A stretch of 32,000 bases of DNA from Hyperthermus butylicus DSM 5456 (GTDB taxonomy: Archaea > Thermoproteota > Thermoprotei_A > Sulfolobales > Pyrodictiaceae): NCBI RefSeq assembly GCF_000015145.1, contig NC_008818.1, positions 1,230,001 through 1,262,000 on the forward strand, read 5' to 3'. This document shows positions 1 through 9,059 of this stretch, piece after piece (position 1 is the first letter of the stretch; each line of letters begins with the position of its first letter). The notes under the pieces were generated by a model. The model saw only the letters and a program-made list of their open reading frames with translations, searched no databases and was not told the DNA's origin. Made by a program: the position numbers and the translations under genes.

Positions 1-2
1 GG

Positions 3-953
3 ATGAGCCATAGCGACTATGTATCTCAAGTGCCGCCGGGTGCTAGGGTCCTAGCGGTCTCGGAGGATACCGGCTACATAGCAGCCTTTAGACTCGATAG
101 GGATGGAAGGCCGATCTATGGCGTCCAGTTCCACCCCGAGGTTGCTCACACGCCTAAGGGCCGGCTACTCATAGAGAACTTTGTACTCCACATAGCCAGG
201 TGTAGGCCCACCTGGAAGCCAGAAAATTATGCTGAGAAAATGGTTGAAGAGATACGAACGATGGTTGGAACCAGAGACAAGGTACTGGTTGCTGTTAGTG
301 GTGGTGTAGACTCTACAACCACCGCGCTACTTGTCAAGAAAGCGGTTGGCGACCGCCTGGTAGCAGTATTTGTTGACCACGGACTTTTCCGTGAGGGCGA
401 GGTTGAAGAAGTACTATTGACACTGCAGAGCCTGGGCATAAAGCCTATCGTGGTGCGTGCTGCTGACAAGTTCCTCTCAAGACTACGTGGCGTAGTAGAT
501 CCCAAGGAGAAGAGGAGGATTATCGGGGAAGAATTTGCCCGAATATTCGCCGAGATAGCTCGGGGAGACCCTGCAATAAAGTGGTTAGCCCAGGGTACAA
601 CCTATCCAGACGTAGTGGAGAGCAGTGCCGAGCCTGGGACTGATAGGATTAAGAGTCACCACAATGTTGCAGGGCTTCCAGCATGGCTGGACCTACACTT
701 GATGGAGCCGCTAAGATATCTCTACAAGGATGAGGTGAGAAGGCTAGCTCTCAGCCTAGGCGTACCCCGCGAGGTAGCCTATCGACACCCGTTTCCAGGC
801 CCAGGGCTAGCTGTGAGGATTATTGGTGAGGTTACCGAGGAAAAGCTTCGGATAGCTAGGCGTGCAAGCAGAATAGTTGAGGAGGAGCTGCTGAAAGCAG
901 GACTATACTATAGTGTCTGGCAGGCATTCGCCGTGGTCGGGGACGATAAGTAG
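3..953 (+). CDS. guaA: GMP synthase (glutamine-hydrolyzing), 5'-truncated by window edge; C-terminal end of amidotransferase domain plus ATP-pyrophosphatase domain; ends at in-frame TAG (951-953)
   Basis: Translation has YGVQFHPEVAHT, the PP-loop VLVAVSGGVDSTTTALL, VDHGLFREGE, and PFPGPGLAVRI motifs typical of GuaA. Confidence 0.93.
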   Translation: MSHSDYVSQVPPGARVLAVSEDTGYIAAFRLDRDGRPIYGVQFHPEVAHTPKGRLLIENFVLHIARCRPTWKPENYAEKMVEEIRTMVGTRDKVLVAVSGGVDSTTTALLVKKAVGDRLVAVFVDHGLFREGEVEEVLLTLQSLGIKPIVVRAADKFLSRLRGVVDPKEKRRIIGEEFARIFAEIARGDPAIKWLAQGTTYPDVVESSAEPGTDRIKSHHNVAGLPAWLDLHLMEPLRYLYKDEVRRLALSLGVPREVAYRHPFPGPGLAVRIIGEVTEEKLRIARRASRIVEEELLKAGLYYSVWQAFAVVGDDK

Positions 954-1160
954 GTGGGGAAAGGAGACCGTAGGGTCTATGGCTACATAGTCCAAGTCCG
1001 GATAGTCAAGAGCGAGGATGCCATGACTGCTGACTGGGCCCGAATATCATACGAGGTCCTAGATAGGATTGCTAGAAGGATTACGGGCGAAATATCCGAG
1101 GTAACAATGGTTGCGTATGCGGTGACAACCAAGCCGCCAGCAACCATCGAGCCACAGTAG
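954..1160 (+). pseudogene. guaA: C-terminal dimerisation segment of GMP synthase, same reading frame as the upstream ORF and separated from it only by TAG
   Basis: [33 protein letters not shown]...[13 protein letters not shown] matches the conserved GuaA C-terminus (TADW, KPPATIE). The frame is identical to 3..953. Confidence 0.85.
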
Positions 1161-1205
1161 CGCCAGAGGCTGCATACTCACTCCAGTATCGTTCTCTGCT
1201 GTGCA

Positions 1206-2339
1206 TTACATTATCCTGAAGTGTAGCACGCCAACAAGCCCCTTGAACGTCTTGCGTATCCACTCCGCCTCAGGTAGGTCTCCGCTCAAGAAGTAAACCT
1301 TGGTGCCATACTTCTTAGCCTCCTCCGCCAGTGTATCTGCATCAGGCCTCTCCTCGTCGACTATAATGTATTTCAGAGCACCCATTTCGAGGGCTGTTTT
1401 TACCATCTTGTCGCCATATACTGCTAGCCCGTCATCCTTTGCTAGGTGGAGCTTAAACTCCTCAACAGCCTTAGCGAGTTCTGCGTACTTGTTCTGCTCA
1501 ATTATGTCGGCAGCCTTTATGACTAGCTCTCTCAGCCCAGCCTCGCCCTGATAGGCTACATCGACGGTCTTGCTTGCTATCTTTTGGCGTACACGGTAGT
1601 CCAGGAAGTCCCTTGCTTCCTCGAGGAAGTCTTGCTTGGCGTAGCCGGGGCCACCGAGTATTATCGCTCTGAGGACACCCTTCTCTATGAGTGGCAGGAA
1701 GTGTTTGTTCATTGCTTCGGCTACCTCGCGGTAGAAGCCCTTTACGAATTGCTCGATCTGCCTATCGAAACGCCTCTGGCTCTGACCGCCCTTATGGTGC
1801 TTGCCTGGCACGTAGCCCTCAAGTTCCTCTAGAACTTGTATACGTGTACCCTTAAGCAGGCCTATAGTGGCCTGGTCGCGCTCGATTATTACGAGGCCGT
1901 AGGTCTCCTCTTGTTCTATCATTTCCTCGAGGAATTCTGTATGGAACCACTTGTCGGTACGGTAGAAGAAGACTGGCACCGGTTCTGGCGGCGAGAAGAC
2001 GAAGCATATGAAGTCCTTAGTCTCCATGTCCTCTCCGCAGAAGACTGCTAAGCCGTTAGGCGGCACCTTCTGTATCCTCGTAAGCCTATCCATGGCGGCT
2101 GCTAGTGCCCTCTGTACAGCGTCGCGGGTCCTCTTGAGCTTAATATTGTCGGTTATCGAGTACTCGGTTCTAAGCAGGCTGACAACGTCGCTTATGGGCC
2201 TGCCTGGTGGTATGTAGAGTGTTAGCAGTACCGTTGCCGGCGCCTTCCAGCGCTTAAGCTCTCTAATAATCTGTTTCAGTGTTCTCTTGTCAACCATTAG
2301 CTGGCTAGCTTGCTGCATTCCACCTTCCCCTGTGCACAC
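1206..2339 (-). CDS. prf1: Peptide chain release factor aRF1 (start may be the internal ATG at 2318)
   Basis: KHHKGGQSQRRFDRQIE (GGQ motif), NIKL at the NIKS position, and C-terminal ALKYIIVDEE; eRF1/aRF1 architecture. Confidence 0.93.
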   Translation of the reverse strand: MCTGEGGMQQASQLMVDKRTLKQIIRELKRWKAPATVLLTLYIPPGRPISDVVSLLRTEYSITDNIKLKRTRDAVQRALAAAMDRLTRIQKVPPNGLAVFCGEDMETKDFICFVFSPPEPVPVFFYRTDKWFHTEFLEEMIEQEETYGLVIIERDQATIGLLKGTRIQVLEELEGYVPGKHHKGGQSQRRFDRQIEQFVKGFYREVAEAMNKHFLPLIEKGVLRAIILGGPGYAKQDFLEEARDFLDYRVRQKIASKTVDVAYQGEAGLRELVIKAADIIEQNKYAELAKAVEEFKLHLAKDDGLAVYGDKMVKTALEMGALKYIIVDEERPDADTLAEEAKKYGTKVYFLSGDLPEAEWIRKTFKGLVGVLHFRIM

Positions 2340-2464
2340 ATAAACTAACAGAGCGACACCTTATAACGTATACCATGCCAAGCTATCCTGGCCAAACAGT
2401 ATTACTATGGGGTTCTGCTTAACGCTAAACCCTAGTAGACTATGGTCTCCCGGGGGACTAGCTC

Positions 2465-2773
2465 GTGGAGCATGTAGAGGTTGTAGTGTTTAGAGGCTAT
2501 GGCTCTCGGAGCAGTGCCGTACGAGAGAATGCTAGGCGTGTAGTGGAGGCACTACGCGAAGCAGGATACCTGGCTTCTTTCTCGGAGGTAACAGTGCCAG
2601 TAGCTGATGGCGAGGAGGGGTTTGAACCGTTTGTGCTGGTAAACGGCGTCGAGGTATACATTTCAGCCGTAGAGGTTGACAGCTCTAGGTTAGCTGAGTA
2701 TGTGATTGAAAGCGTGTATCTTGCAAGTACGCTAGCTGGCTTCCCCTTGCCTCCAGTGAGTATTGAGAGTTAG
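2465..2773 (+). CDS. Small conserved hypothetical protein, possible thioredoxin-like fold without catalytic cysteines
   Basis: 102-aa ORF; beta-alpha-beta-like pattern VEVVVFRGYGS..NARRVVEALREAGY..FEPFVLVNGVEV; resembles the ORF at 30856..31305. Confidence 0.6.
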   Translation: MEHVEVVVFRGYGSRSSAVRENARRVVEALREAGYLASFSEVTVPVADGEEGFEPFVLVNGVEVYISAVEVDSSRLAEYVIESVYLASTLAGFPLPPVSIES

Positions 2774-2776
2774 CAC

Positions 2777-3181
2777 CTAGCCTTGTTTTTGTTGCATACC
2801 AAGCCTATAGAACGGACACGTTTGCCAGTACTTCTCGCATTTTGTAGCCTCACTCTTTGTCAGCAGGCGGTTGAGCACCTGGCATACCACAAGGTAGCCG
2901 CCAGCATACTCGTAGACCTTGAAGAATGGACAGCCAGATCTAGGCCTATGAGTTATAAGGTGTATTGGCTTGTAGGGGCGAAGCTGCTTCTCAATAGCAG
3001 GCTTAAGGCTTGCCTCGAGTACTGGGCGGCTACGCTGCTGGCTAGACGGCTCAACGTAAAACTTGCAAGACTTGTACTCAGCTTCGCCCCCAAGGCACCG
3101 CTCTGGCGAAGTCACAGCTGTCGTGGGCTCCGAGAGCTTAGGTGACGTGCATAACCCGCCGCGATACCAGGGACACGGCAT
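2777..3181 (-). CDS. Cysteine-rich hypothetical protein with two similar 4-Cys modules
   Basis: CPWYRGGLC...C...CKFY and CPFFKVYEY...C...C...CPFY in one 134-aa ORF. Confidence 0.6.
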   Translation of the reverse strand: MPCPWYRGGLCTSPKLSEPTTAVTSPERCLGGEAEYKSCKFYVEPSSQQRSRPVLEASLKPAIEKQLRPYKPIHLITHRPRSGCPFFKVYEYAGGYLVVCQVLNRLLTKSEATKCEKYWQTCPFYRLGMQQKQG

Positions 3182-3214
3182 TAGCAGCCACCGCTATAAG
3201 GTCCCCTTTTCGTC

Positions 3215-3838
3215 CTAGCAGCCCAGTACCCGGCGGATCTCGTCTAGGAGGGCAGCCTTCTCCTCCAGCTCCTTAACACGTTTTGCTAGCTCGTCGCGCT
3301 CCCTCTCTAGTTCTTCTAGCTGCTCCCGTATCTCCTCTAGTTGCTGTTTTACATCCTCCACCTCGCGCGTCTTCTCTAACTCCTCCCTGAGCCTGTAGTT
3401 CTCCTCACGAAGCTCCTTCAGCTCTTCCCTAAGCTTCTCGAGCTCCCTTCTACATTCATCTCCTTCTTCAGCAACTGCGAATGGGAGGGATATTGTTGGC
3501 TCTCCTCTGACAAGCTTTTCATATGTCTCTCTCACAATTTTCCCAGCCTTGGTCTTCCCTTGTAGATGGGCCCTTATCGTAGTCTCGCTCCTCCCAAGTT
3601 CCTCTGCGATCTGGCTAATGCTGTAGCCGGCCTTCTCTCTAGCAAGAGCAGCAGCAGCTATTGCAAGGCTGTCAAGCCATGTGGCTTTCTCAAGCGGGTC
3701 CCGTATGAGTTCTATTATCTCAGGTCTGTAGAGCGTGGCGACTATCAATGCAGTCTCTAAGAGCTTAATCTCCTTCTTCGAGGTTGGCCTTAGGGGGACA
3801 TGGCTGAGATCTATTTTTAGCTCGCGCTGGACAGCCAC
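3215..3838 (-). CDS. Putative DNA-binding protein: N-terminal HTH plus C-terminal coiled coil
   Basis: YSISQIAEELGRSETTIRAHLQGKT is HTH-like; it is followed by long EEL/KELREEL heptad-rich sequence. Confidence 0.75.
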   Translation of the reverse strand: MAVQRELKIDLSHVPLRPTSKKEIKLLETALIVATLYRPEIIELIRDPLEKATWLDSLAIAAAALAREKAGYSISQIAEELGRSETTIRAHLQGKTKAGKIVRETYEKLVRGEPTISLPFAVAEEGDECRRELEKLREELKELREENYRLREELEKTREVEDVKQQLEEIREQLEELERERDELAKRVKELEEKAALLDEIRRVLGC

Positions 3839-3869
3839 GATGCATCACCGTGCAAGGAAGGCTCCAGTG

Positions 3870-4229
3870 TTAGACTAGGTTGCAGCAGGGAGGGTTTTTG
3901 CAGCACGGGTCGTTACCGGCGCTACAGCGGTTACGAACCCACTCGCGTATCATTTCTGCGAGCCTCTCATCCAGCGACATTAAGGCGCCAAGTAGGAAGC
4001 TGTTAGCGTGACAATAGCCCTCCTGCTTCAGTATCCTTGTTAGCGGAGCAACCATGGACTTTACTACTACGAGCCAGAAATTCCAGTCTGGCAACTCGAA
4101 TAGCTCCCCCATACTCTTGATACTGTATTGCTCAAGAACGCTTTCCACATGGGCTAAAACCTTCGCAGTAACTTGTCCCGGCACCCTGGCGGCACGCATG
4201 CTCGTCCGGATAGCCTCCAGTAGCTGCAT
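3870..4229 (-). CDS. Hypothetical protein with C-terminal Cys cluster (CSAGNDPCCKNPPCCNLV)
   Basis: 119-aa ORF co-oriented with neighbours. Confidence 0.5.
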   Translation of the reverse strand: MQLLEAIRTSMRAARVPGQVTAKVLAHVESVLEQYSIKSMGELFELPDWNFWLVVVKSMVAPLTRILKQEGYCHANSFLLGALMSLDERLAEMIREWVRNRCSAGNDPCCKNPPCCNLV

Positions 4230-4306
4230 GAACCCCCCCGGTAGCCTGGAGGTAACGCTGAGAAATCAATAATTAGCTTATAATGTCTTCTGGCGATAAA
4301 GATGCG

Positions 4307-4371
4307 TAGGGGGGATGATAGCATAAGGCCTCTACCGAAAGGTGATGACGCTTTAGGCCGTTGACCCCCTA
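4307..4371 (+). ncRNA. Candidate box C/D guide sRNA
   Basis: Stem TAGGGGG (4307-4313); box C-like ATGATAG (4315-4321); 13 nt; D' CCGA (4335-4338); 3-nt spacer; C' GTGATGA (4342-4348); 12-nt guide CGCTTTAGGCCG; D TTGA (4361-4364); stem CCCCCTA (4365-4371). TATA-like TTATAAT at 4278-4284 lies about 25 nt upstream. Confidence 0.7.
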
Positions 4372-4752
4372 GATGGGTGTGTAGACAAACTCCTGCAGCC
4401 TATGTCTTATCTCGTAGATGTAAGCCCGTATCATTGTTGGAAGCTTCTCCCTGCCTGCAACAACTACCCGGTAGTAAGCCTTGTCAACAATATCATACGC
4501 CTTCATCACATCGCCAAGCGCTATGCTAGCTCGGTCACCGCATAGGATCGCATGGAGGTGCTGTGCCATGCTCTCTATAAGTTGGATTGATGAAAGCCGT
4601 CGCTCTAGTATCTCCGAGAGAGTCTTGTCGCCTCTCGACTTAGCGTCTACAAGCTTCTCACTATAAGCCTCCACTAGCCGCTGCGATGCCTCCAGGAGTC
4701 TGTCTACGAGTCCGCAGATAGATAGTATGTTAATACGTGCAGCAACACTCAT
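4369..4752 (-). CDS. Hypothetical helical protein
   Basis: 127-aa ORF in consistent orientation; no recognised motif. Confidence 0.5.
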   Translation of the reverse strand: MSVAARINILSICGLVDRLLEASQRLVEAYSEKLVDAKSRGDKTLSEILERRLSSIQLIESMAQHLHAILCGDRASIALGDVMKAYDIVDKAYYRVVVAGREKLPTMIRAYIYEIRHRLQEFVYTPI

Positions 4753-4861
4753 CAGCTTCGCCTCCAGCCCAGAACATATGTTTAAGGTATGGCGTTGTTA
4801 TAGGGTGGTTTAGGCCGGGATAATACTCCTGTCCATATGGTATTTCATAGTGTAGAATGTA

Positions 4862-5221
4862 TTGGCCCTATATAAGGGTGTGGGGTTACCCCCGATTATT
4901 CGGAGGCGTAGAGCCGTGTCCCTAGGCCAGCGCGAGAACAGCAACGACAAGAACAATGTATACGTATACAGTAAAGACATAATCCTACACAAACTCTATG
5001 AAGATGATGAGGTTGTCGTTGTGGTCGCACCTAACGAGGACCAGTTACGGGAAATTATCCTGCGCCTTCTAAGGGAGAAACCGATGACGGTTAGGGAGCT
5101 CCACTCGATACTTTCGGGCCTCGCTAGCGAAGATAAGATACGCTATGCCCTTAACAAGCTGGTAGAAGAGGGTATCGTTGGTAGTGATGAAGAGGGTAGA
5201 TACTACGCCTACTACGTCTAA
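4862..5221 (+). CDS. Putative winged-helix/HTH protein (true start may be downstream of 4862)
   Basis: C-terminal REIILRLLREKPMTVRELHSILSGLASEDKIRYALNKLVEEGIVGSDEEGRYYAYYV looks like a wHTH. Confidence 0.6.
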   Translation: MALYKGVGLPPIIRRRRAVSLGQRENSNDKNNVYVYSKDIILHKLYEDDEVVVVVAPNEDQLREIILRLLREKPMTVRELHSILSGLASEDKIRYALNKLVEEGIVGSDEEGRYYAYYV

Positions 5222-5381
5222 TTCTCCCTTTCTCTCTGTGCCCGATAGTTTTACTCGTTCCTCTCTCCCTCAAATCGTATTTACGGGTAGCTAGGTTCTC
5301 GAGACTCTCGATTACACTCTCATAACTTTCATCGTCAATGCTATCTACGATACACATACTAGCATAGAAGCAGGGTCACTC

Positions 5382-5771
5382 ATGCCAAACCTCATAGCAT
5401 TAATTGTCGAGAGCGCTATCCTCGGTTTAGCATACCTCGTACTGCACGAGGCTCTACACTATGCAGCGGCAAGAATACTAGGATTTGGAGCTGAGTTGGC
5501 ATGGGGAAGCGACTCGTTTCTCCCATCCCCATCTGTGATCATCCATGGTAGCCCTACCGGGTGGAGGAGACTTGCAATACTCTATCTGCCCTACATCATT
5601 AATGCTGTATTCATATTGTCTGGCATGCATGTTGTAAGGCTTATTGGGCTGCTAACACTCCCTAACATGTTGTTAGAGGAGGACAATGATAGAAGCCTCC
5701 GTCTGCCATTTGCGGTAGGACTACAAGCACTAATTATAGGCTGTGTTGTAGTGTTAAACCCGTGCATGTGA
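5382..5771 (+). CDS. Small membrane protein with HExxH motif, putative membrane zinc metallopeptidase (DUF3267/M50-like)
   Basis: HEALHYAAARILGFG (HExxH) between hydrophobic segments. Confidence 0.6.
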   Translation: MPNLIALIVESAILGLAYLVLHEALHYAAARILGFGAELAWGSDSFLPSPSVIIHGSPTGWRRLAILYLPYIINAVFILSGMHVVRLIGLLTLPNMLLEEDNDRSLRLPFAVGLQALIIGCVVVLNPCM

Positions 5772-5838
5772 TGCGGGTAGAATGCTAGATAGATGGTGCT
5801 GAGCGTCTGACGGAACTCCAAAAATCTTTCCAAGAGGC

Positions 5839-6153
5839 TTAAACGGAGAGTGTGAGATCAAGGAAGTCCATTGGCAGCGGCCTACCCTTCTCCTTTAGCT
5901 CGTCGTACTTCTTCGAGAGCCACTCTACGAACACTGGGCAGCCATCAAACTTACCATCGCGCTCACAGCGCTCGCCAAGCTTGAGGAAACATTTGCCTGT
6001 ACGCTTATCGTAGTATGGACACATCTTATGGTATTGTTTGGCGCTCCGTATCATCCTTGTTATCCAGCGTTTCTTTGGGTCACGCTTCTCTTTCTCCTCT
6101 ACCTGCGAGAGTATACGGTCCAGCTCCTCGCTCGAAATACGCGTCTTGTTCAT
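5839..6153 (-). CDS. Cysteine-rich hypothetical protein, 4-Cys module
   Basis: KMCPYYDKRTGKCFLKLGERCERDGKFDGCPVF within a 104-aa ORF. Confidence 0.6.
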   Translation of the reverse strand: MNKTRISSEELDRILSQVEEKEKRDPKKRWITRMIRSAKQYHKMCPYYDKRTGKCFLKLGERCERDGKFDGCPVFVEWLSKKYDELKEKGRPLPMDFLDLTLSV

Positions 6154-6336
6154 GGTTTATCACCCCTTCAGATGGTATTTGTTTAACATGTGGGTAGGAG
6201 GGTTTCGCCGTTTATGCAGACCAGCCTTAGTTTCGGGTACACCTAGACGGGTTCCCGGCTTCTATAGCATTTATGCTTTTATATCCTTATGCCTTTGGTC
6301 AGTAATTGGACTTCTATAAGCTATGGTGTGTATTGT

Positions 6337-7374
6337 ATGGATTATGTAGTATGTGACCGCGGAGAGGTATGCATCCTCGGTGCCGGTGTTGCTGGCTCTG
6401 TTCTCGCATACCTGCTTTCCAAGAGGGGTGTGAGGATTCGTGTCTACGATATGTGGAGGAGTTATGTGAAACCATGTGGAGAGGCTATACCGTCATGGCT
6501 TCTAGAGGTCATTGACAAGCATGGCTTGCCTAGACCGAGAATCCTCAACACTGTAAAACGCTACGTTATAATCGGCTCTGACGGTAGAGTTGTTAGGGAG
6601 GTCGAATTCAAGGATCCTCCTTGGCTGATAATAGACAAGTCCGAGTGGATTAACAGGCTAAGGGCAGAGGTGAACATTATCGTTAAGCCGGTACGCAGTT
6701 ACCCTCGCAGAGGCATAGTCGTTGACTCGCGCGGCCCATTCTCTTCTAGGGGTGGTAAGATTGTTGTTTGGAGGGCATACGGTAAGGTAGAAAAACTAGC
6801 AGACGATGAAGCCTACATAGTTATTGACTGGAGTAGGGGTGTAGGCCTAGCCTGGGTATTCCCGCATGGTGATAAAGCCAATTTTGGAGGAGGATTTGCT
6901 GGTGTTAGCGAGCCACGGAGATACACTGTAAAGCTGCTCAGCAAAGCTGGCCTAATCAACACAGATAAGGTAGAAGGTGAGGCATACTCGATACTTACCA
7001 TACCGCCGCGCATAGACCTCGGCAGCGATAATGTTGTACGAGTAGGTGAGGCTGCTGGTCTCGTTATGAGTTTGGGTGGCGAAGGTATAAGGCCAGCAGT
7101 GCTGTCAGCAATAGCACTAGCATCGGTGGTAAAGCTTGAAGACGAGCTGGTGCTTGATGTAAAGTTATACAGACGCCTCGTTCACGGGCTCGTGAGAGAG
7201 GCTAAGCTTCATGCTAGAATATTAAAGTTCGCATCGCTGTTAGGTGAAAAGGCTGCATATCGAGCTTTAACAATGGCTTCTGACAGTCTTCTAAAGAGCT
7301 GGTTTGAGGGTAAACTTAACAGCGTCTCGTCGATAATCTTCGGCATGCTTGGCAGGAAGAGTGATGGAGACTAG
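6337..7374 (+). CDS. Geranylgeranyl reductase-family FAD-dependent oxidoreductase (ORF open from 6289; likely start 6337)
   Basis: VCILGAGVAGSVLAYLLSKRGVRIRVYD dinucleotide-binding motif, KPCGEAIP, GLAWVFPHGDKANFGGG, and VGEAAGLVMSLGGEGIRPAVLSA. Confidence 0.85.
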   Translation: MDYVVCDRGEVCILGAGVAGSVLAYLLSKRGVRIRVYDMWRSYVKPCGEAIPSWLLEVIDKHGLPRPRILNTVKRYVIIGSDGRVVREVEFKDPPWLIIDKSEWINRLRAEVNIIVKPVRSYPRRGIVVDSRGPFSSRGGKIVVWRAYGKVEKLADDEAYIVIDWSRGVGLAWVFPHGDKANFGGGFAGVSEPRRYTVKLLSKAGLINTDKVEGEAYSILTIPPRIDLGSDNVVRVGEAAGLVMSLGGEGIRPAVLSAIALASVVKLEDELVLDVKLYRRLVHGLVREAKLHARILKFASLLGEKAAYRALTMASDSLLKSWFEGKLNSVSSIIFGMLGRKSDGD

Positions 7375-7378
7375 TGTA

Positions 7379-8002
7379 TCACCTCTTTAGAACCTCGAGT
7401 AGTTTGCGTGTAACGAACTCCCTAGCCTCTGCTGCACTGGGAAACTCCTGCCTACTCTTCACGGTGTATTCGAGTATGAAGCTATTACGCTTCTGGTCAT
7501 ATGCCAGCTTGGCTTCCAGCTTACCATCATAGGTTATTTTTATGAACTTCTCGTCGGTCTTTAGCTCTAGTCTAAAGCCCTTCTTCTCAAGCTCCCGTAG
7601 AACAGACATGGCAGCTTCGAGTAGCTCCTCGACACTAGCCTTCTCCCCCTTCTCAATCTCCCGCAACCTAGCTTCAATAGCCTCAATAACTTCAGGAATG
7701 TCGCTATAGGCTTTCCTGGCCTCTTCAAGTATCTTCTTCAGTATTCTCAGCGCCTCGCCACTCTTATCAGTCTTTACCAGTGTTAGTAGATCGTCGAAAT
7801 CCTTGCTGTGCAAGTAATCTGCTAGTCTTCTCACATCGCCACCAAAGACGTTAAACCTGTACTTATCCTCAGCTCTACCAATCATTTTTCTAATATCGTC
7901 CACGTACTGTCTAGGTGCGTCGGGGCTTGCAAGTATACGGTTTACTATATGCCGGAGGAAGTCAATCCTCTTTGTCTTAAGCGTTGAAGCCATAGCTATC
8001 AC
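7379..8002 (-). CDS. Hypothetical protein, conserved-looking
   Basis: 207-aa ORF ending 4 nt from the convergent upstream gene. Confidence 0.6.
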   Translation of the reverse strand: MIAMASTLKTKRIDFLRHIVNRILASPDAPRQYVDDIRKMIGRAEDKYRFNVFGGDVRRLADYLHSKDFDDLLTLVKTDKSGEALRILKKILEEARKAYSDIPEVIEAIEARLREIEKGEKASVEELLEAAMSVLRELEKKGFRLELKTDEKFIKITYDGKLEAKLAYDQKRNSFILEYTVKSRQEFPSAAEAREFVTRKLLEVLKR

Positions 8003-8141
8003 CTCGCCAGCGTGTCCCCGGGTATGCAGTGATACTATCCATATGCTAGTTGTTAGCCTAGCCTTAATTAACTATGTATCGGACATAGACTACCTAGCTA
8101 TGTGTGGTGGCTGCTAGCGCAGCTACCGGGGCAGACCCGGG

Positions 8142-8510
8142 TTGACAGGCAACAGCTGTGTAGAGTTTACATCAAGGATAAGGCATGATGGCGTTGTAGA
8201 GGTTAGGCTTGAGAAGGAGGGCCATGGTTTCTCGATTGTCATCCATAATATTGTCAAGCAGGTAGATGTAATTACCGGCGAAGAGATAGGCGAGATAATG
8301 GTAGTAAACAAGTACAGGATTACGGGTAGGCTCGTAAAGCTATGCAGTGTTGGGATCCCAGTAGAGCATATTAGGAATGGTAGTGCTGAAGTACTAAGGT
8401 TTAGGGATGCAGTAAGCAAAGCTGTGCTGGAAATAAGCTATGTTGTCTGTGGCGAGAATGTAGATGTCACTGTTGCAGTCTGCAGGGAGCCTAAATGTAA
8501 TTGTGTTTAA
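8142..8510 (+). CDS. Hypothetical protein (start uncertain)
   Basis: 122-aa ORF co-oriented with the downstream gene. Confidence 0.45.
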   Translation: MTGNSCVEFTSRIRHDGVVEVRLEKEGHGFSIVIHNIVKQVDVITGEEIGEIMVVNKYRITGRLVKLCSVGIPVEHIRNGSAEVLRFRDAVSKAVLEISYVVCGENVDVTVAVCREPKCNCV

Positions 8511-8549
8511 AGCCCGGCCATGCTCTTCTATAACTTAACTGGTGGAATC

Positions 8550-9044
8550 ATGTCTGAGGAGGTAAAGTTCCACGTAGTTGACATACCAGTGCCCGAGGGC
8601 ACTAACGTGATTATAGGCCAGGCACACTTCATTAAGACTGTTGAGGATCTCTATGAGGCCTTAGTGACCAGTGTACCGGGCATAAAATTTGGACTAGCCT
8701 TCTGCGAAGCTAGCCATAAGAGACTTATACGTCACGAGGGCAACGACGAAGAGCTAAGAAGACTAGCTATAGAGGCAGCTAAGAGGATAGGTGCGGGCCA
8801 CGTCTTCGTGATATATATTAAGGATGCATGGCCCATAAACGTGCTCAACGCCATAAAGTCTGTACAAGAGGTTGTAACAATCTTTGCCGCTACCGGCAAT
8901 CCTCTACAAGTAATTGTTGTCGAGACGAAGCAGGGCAGAGGCGTCGTAGGTGTAGTGGATGGGTTTACACCGCTAGGCGTGGAGACTGATGACGATATTG
9001 CTGAGAGGAGAGCCTTTCTGCGAAAGATAGGCTACAAGAAGTAG
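8550..9044 (+). CDS. Adenosine-specific kinase family protein (COG1839)
   Basis: [42 protein letters not shown], and [28 protein letters not shown]. Confidence 0.85.
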   Translation: MSEEVKFHVVDIPVPEGTNVIIGQAHFIKTVEDLYEALVTSVPGIKFGLAFCEASHKRLIRHEGNDEELRRLAIEAAKRIGAGHVFVIYIKDAWPINVLNAIKSVQEVVTIFAATGNPLQVIVVETKQGRGVVGVVDGFTPLGVETDDDIAERRAFLRKIGYKK

Positions 9045-9059
9045 CTTCGTAAGAGTAGC

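Noticed and set aside
5151-5357. 68-aa minus-strand ORF
   Set aside because: Overlaps the end of the wHTH gene, no motif, basic low-quality sequence.
8970-9010. CTGATGA...CTGA inside the adenosine-specific kinase gene
   Set aside because: Only 8 nt between boxes and fully explained by coding sequence.
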